Below the pieces are notes generated by a model that worked only from the letters and a program-made list of their open reading frames with translations, did not search any database and was not told where the DNA came from. From Escherichia coli (lineage in GTDB: Bacteria; Pseudomonadota; Gammaproteobacteria; Enterobacterales; Enterobacteriaceae): a stretch of 896 nucleotides of DNA. The number at the start of each line of letters is the position of its first letter. Position 1 is the first letter of the stretch. The translations under genes and the position numbers were made by a program. Below are positions 1-896 of the stretch, piece by piece. The stretch lies in NCBI RefSeq assembly GCF_003334305.1, contig NZ_QOWS01000065.1; one strand, written 5' to 3'.

Positions 1-896
1 TTCGGGCGGACGCTGACTTTCCACCGGGCAGCTAAGGGTGACGTGGCGGGCGCGGTGACGGGGGTGACGGACGGCGCGGGCCGCCGTTTTCACCTGGCGC
101 TGACCACGCAGGCGCAGCGGGCGGAAGCCTTCCGTAAACAGCGCGCCACGTCTTTATCTTCCCCTGCCGGTCCCCGTTCTGCTTCCTCTTCTTCTGCTTT
201 CCCCGACACGCTGCCCGCCGGTACAGAATACGGTGCCGATAACGGTATCCGGCTGGAGGCGGTGTGGCTGACACACGACCCGGCATACCCGGATGAACAG
301 CCGACTGCGCCGCTGGCGCGCTACACGTACACGGCCAGCGGAGAACTGCGGGCGGTGTATGACCGCAGCGGAACGCAGGTGCGCGGGTTTACTTATGATG
401 CGGAGCACGCCGGGCGGATGGTGGCGCACCATTATGCGGGGAGGCCGGAGAGCTGCTACCGGTATGATGATACCGGTCGGGTGACGGAGCAGGTCAACCC
501 GGAGGGGCTGGACTACCGCTTTGAGTACGGAGAGAGCCGGGTAATCATCACGGACAGCCTGAACCGGCGGGAGGTGCTGTACACGGAAGGCGAGGGTGGC
601 CTGAAGCGGGTGGTGAAGAAGGAACATGCGGACGGGAGCATTACCCGCAGCGAGTATGATGAGGCGGGGAGGCTGAAGGCACAGACGGATGCGGCGGGGC
701 GGCGGACGGAGTACAGCCTGCATATGGCGTCGGGTGCGGTGACGGCGGTGACGGGGCCGGACGGCAGGACGGTGCGGTATGGCTATAACAGCCAGCGGCA
801 GGTGACGTCAGTGACGTACCCGGACGGGCTTCGCAGCAGCCGGGAGTATGATGAGAAGGGAAGGCTGACGGCGGAGACCTCGCGCAGCGGTGAGAC
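1..896 (+). CDS. Rhs-family YD-repeat protein, internal fragment of the conserved core (5' and 3' ends both outside the window)
   Basis: Seen in sequence: frame 1 is open across all 298 complete codons (1-894) with no stop. Translation begins FGRTLTFHRAAKGDVAGAVTGVTDGAGRRFHLALTTQAQRAEAF and ends YPDGLRSSREYDEKGRLTAETSRSGE. It contains repeated YD-repeat units (RYTYTASGELRAVYD, GFTYDAEHAGRMVAH, YRYDDTGRVTEQ, SEYDEAGRLKAQTD, VRYGYNSQRQVTSVT, REYDEKGRLTAET). Codons strongly favour G/C, especially G, at the third position (acg, gcg, cgg, ctg, gtg, gag). Established knowledge: these motifs and the conserved blocks DSLNRREVL, GLKRVVKKE and AQTDAAGRRTEY are characteristic of enterobacterial Rhs core proteins. 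No database search was run; the paralog or subfamily cannot be assigned from memory, so no gene symbol is given. Confidence 0.93.
148..207 (+). repeat. Low-complexity Ser/Pro-rich segment (TSLSSPAGPRSASSSSAFPD) encoded by a pyrimidine-rich tract, including an in-frame (tct)3 run at 187-195
   Basis: Seen in sequence: nt 151-205 are almost entirely C/T on the + strand (tctttatcttcccctgccggtccccgttctgcttcctcttcttctgctttcccc), in sharp contrast to the G-rich codons on either side. In frame 1 this gives a serine/proline-rich stretch with four consecutive Ser codons (tcc tct tct tct). Confidence 0.6.
454..495 (+). repeat. Canonical YD-repeat unit (CYRYDDTGRVTEQV)
   Basis: Frame 1 codons 152-165 match the Y-R-Y-D-x-x-G-R-(V/L) core of the YD-repeat consensus almost perfectly. 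Confidence 0.8.
646..687 (+). repeat. Canonical YD-repeat unit (RSEYDEAGRLKAQT)
   Basis: Frame 1 codons 216-229, E-Y-D-x-x-G-R-L-x-x-x-T-D motif. Its nucleotide sequence is an imperfect direct repeat of 838-879. Confidence 0.8.
838..879 (+). repeat. Canonical YD-repeat unit (SREYDEKGRLTAET)
   Basis: Frame 1 codons 280-293, E-Y-D-x-x-G-R-L motif. Shares gagtatgatgag...aggctga with 652-676. Confidence 0.8.

Larger units (their letters stand above)
319..894 (+). repeat. Array of protein-level YD (Rhs) repeats, about 20-22 codons each, within the Rhs CDS
   Basis: Recurring Y-x-Y-D / E-Y-D-x-x-G-R-L and V-T-x-V-T motifs in frame 1 at approximately nt 319-372, 385-429, 454-495, 508-552, 646-687, 697-753, 754-816 and 817-879. 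Unit boundaries are approximate because YD repeats are degenerate. Confidence 0.8.

Noticed and set aside
32-286. 84-aa ORF on the - strand from the supplied track
   Set aside because: Same reasoning: antisense shadow ORF with a Pro/Arg-rich, lysine-run, low-complexity product (PPPAGYRYRHR..., KQKKRKQ), lying entirely inside the Rhs coding frame.
457-478. Inverted repeat accggta-tgatga-taccggt (7-bp arms, 6-nt loop) that could look like a hairpin, terminator or regulatory site
   Set aside because: It lies in the middle of the open reading frame and is produced directly by the codons for Y-R-Y-D-D-T-G-R (tac cgg tat gat gat acc ggt cgg). The stem is short, there is no following T-tract, and it contains the palindromic accggt twice. 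Most likely a coincidence of the YD motif codons.
293-484. 63-aa ORF on the + strand (frame 2) from the supplied track
   Set aside because: It is out of frame (+1) relative to the window-spanning frame 1 reading that carries the YD repeats. Its Arg/Trp-rich product (RRWRATRTRPAENCGRCMTAAERRCAG...) has no recognisable features, so it is a frame-shifted artefact of the real gene.
154-723. 189-aa ORF on the - strand from the supplied track
   Set aside because: It is antisense to the strongly supported Rhs frame. Its translation is Arg/Pro/Leu-rich low complexity (RPPPRRIRLCLQPPRL...) with no recognisable motif. Long stop-free antisense frames are expected in GC-rich coding DNA with G/C-ending codons, so this is a shadow ORF.
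1-896. Promoter, RBS, start codon or terminator for the Rhs gene
   Set aside because: The window is entirely intragenic: frame 1 is open from base 1 to base 894 and the upstream region is itself YD-repeat-like, so the ATG codons inside the frame (for example M140 at 418-420, M242 at 724-726) are internal methionines, not starts. No regulatory element can be supported.
1-896. Pseudogene or disrupted Rhs fragment
   Set aside because: There is no in-frame stop or evident frameshift across 298 codons and the repeat motifs stay in register throughout. Intactness outside the window cannot be assessed, so I do not call it a pseudogene.
1-896. Alternative identity as an insecticidal Tc-toxin C component (TcC) or a teneurin-like YD protein
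   Set aside because: These families also carry YD/RHS repeats, but the specific conserved blocks here (DSLNRREVL, GLKRVVKKE, AQTDAAGRRTEY, Ser-rich linker followed by AFPDTLP) match the enterobacterial Rhs core arrangement as I know it. Kept as a minor caveat that needs a database search to exclude formally.
1-896. CRISPR array, tRNA, rRNA or other ncRNA, or insertion-sequence ends
   Set aside because: There are no regularly spaced identical repeats with unique spacers, no tRNA-like cloverleaf segments, and no terminal inverted repeats or transposase motifs. The only periodicity is the codon-level YD repeat of the protein.

Overview
The whole window is an internal fragment of one + strand gene. 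Frame 1 (codons at 1-3, 4-6, ... 892-894) is open from the first base to the last, with no stop codon and no credible start inside the window. Its translation is a textbook Rhs-family YD-repeat protein, with recurring G-x-x-x-R-Y-x-Y-D-x-x-G-R-(L/V) and x-V-T-x-V-T-D-x-x-G-R units and blocks I recognise from enterobacterial Rhs cores (AFPDTLP, GRMVAH, YRYDDTGRV, DSLNRREVL, GLKRVVKKE, AQTDAAGRRTEY, ETSRSGE). The supplied ORF track misses this gene, apparently because it only reports Met-initiated ORFs, and instead lists three ORFs that I judge to be spurious out-of-frame or antisense readings of GC-rich coding DNA. I see no RNA gene, CRISPR array, promoter, terminator or mobile-element end in the window. 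Rhs proteins are polymorphic toxins, but the parts that make such a locus novel (N-terminal delivery domain, C-terminal toxin tip, immunity gene) would lie outside this window. So I cannot support a claim of a previously undescribed system from this sequence; what I can report is the Rhs core fragment and a few internal features worth checking.
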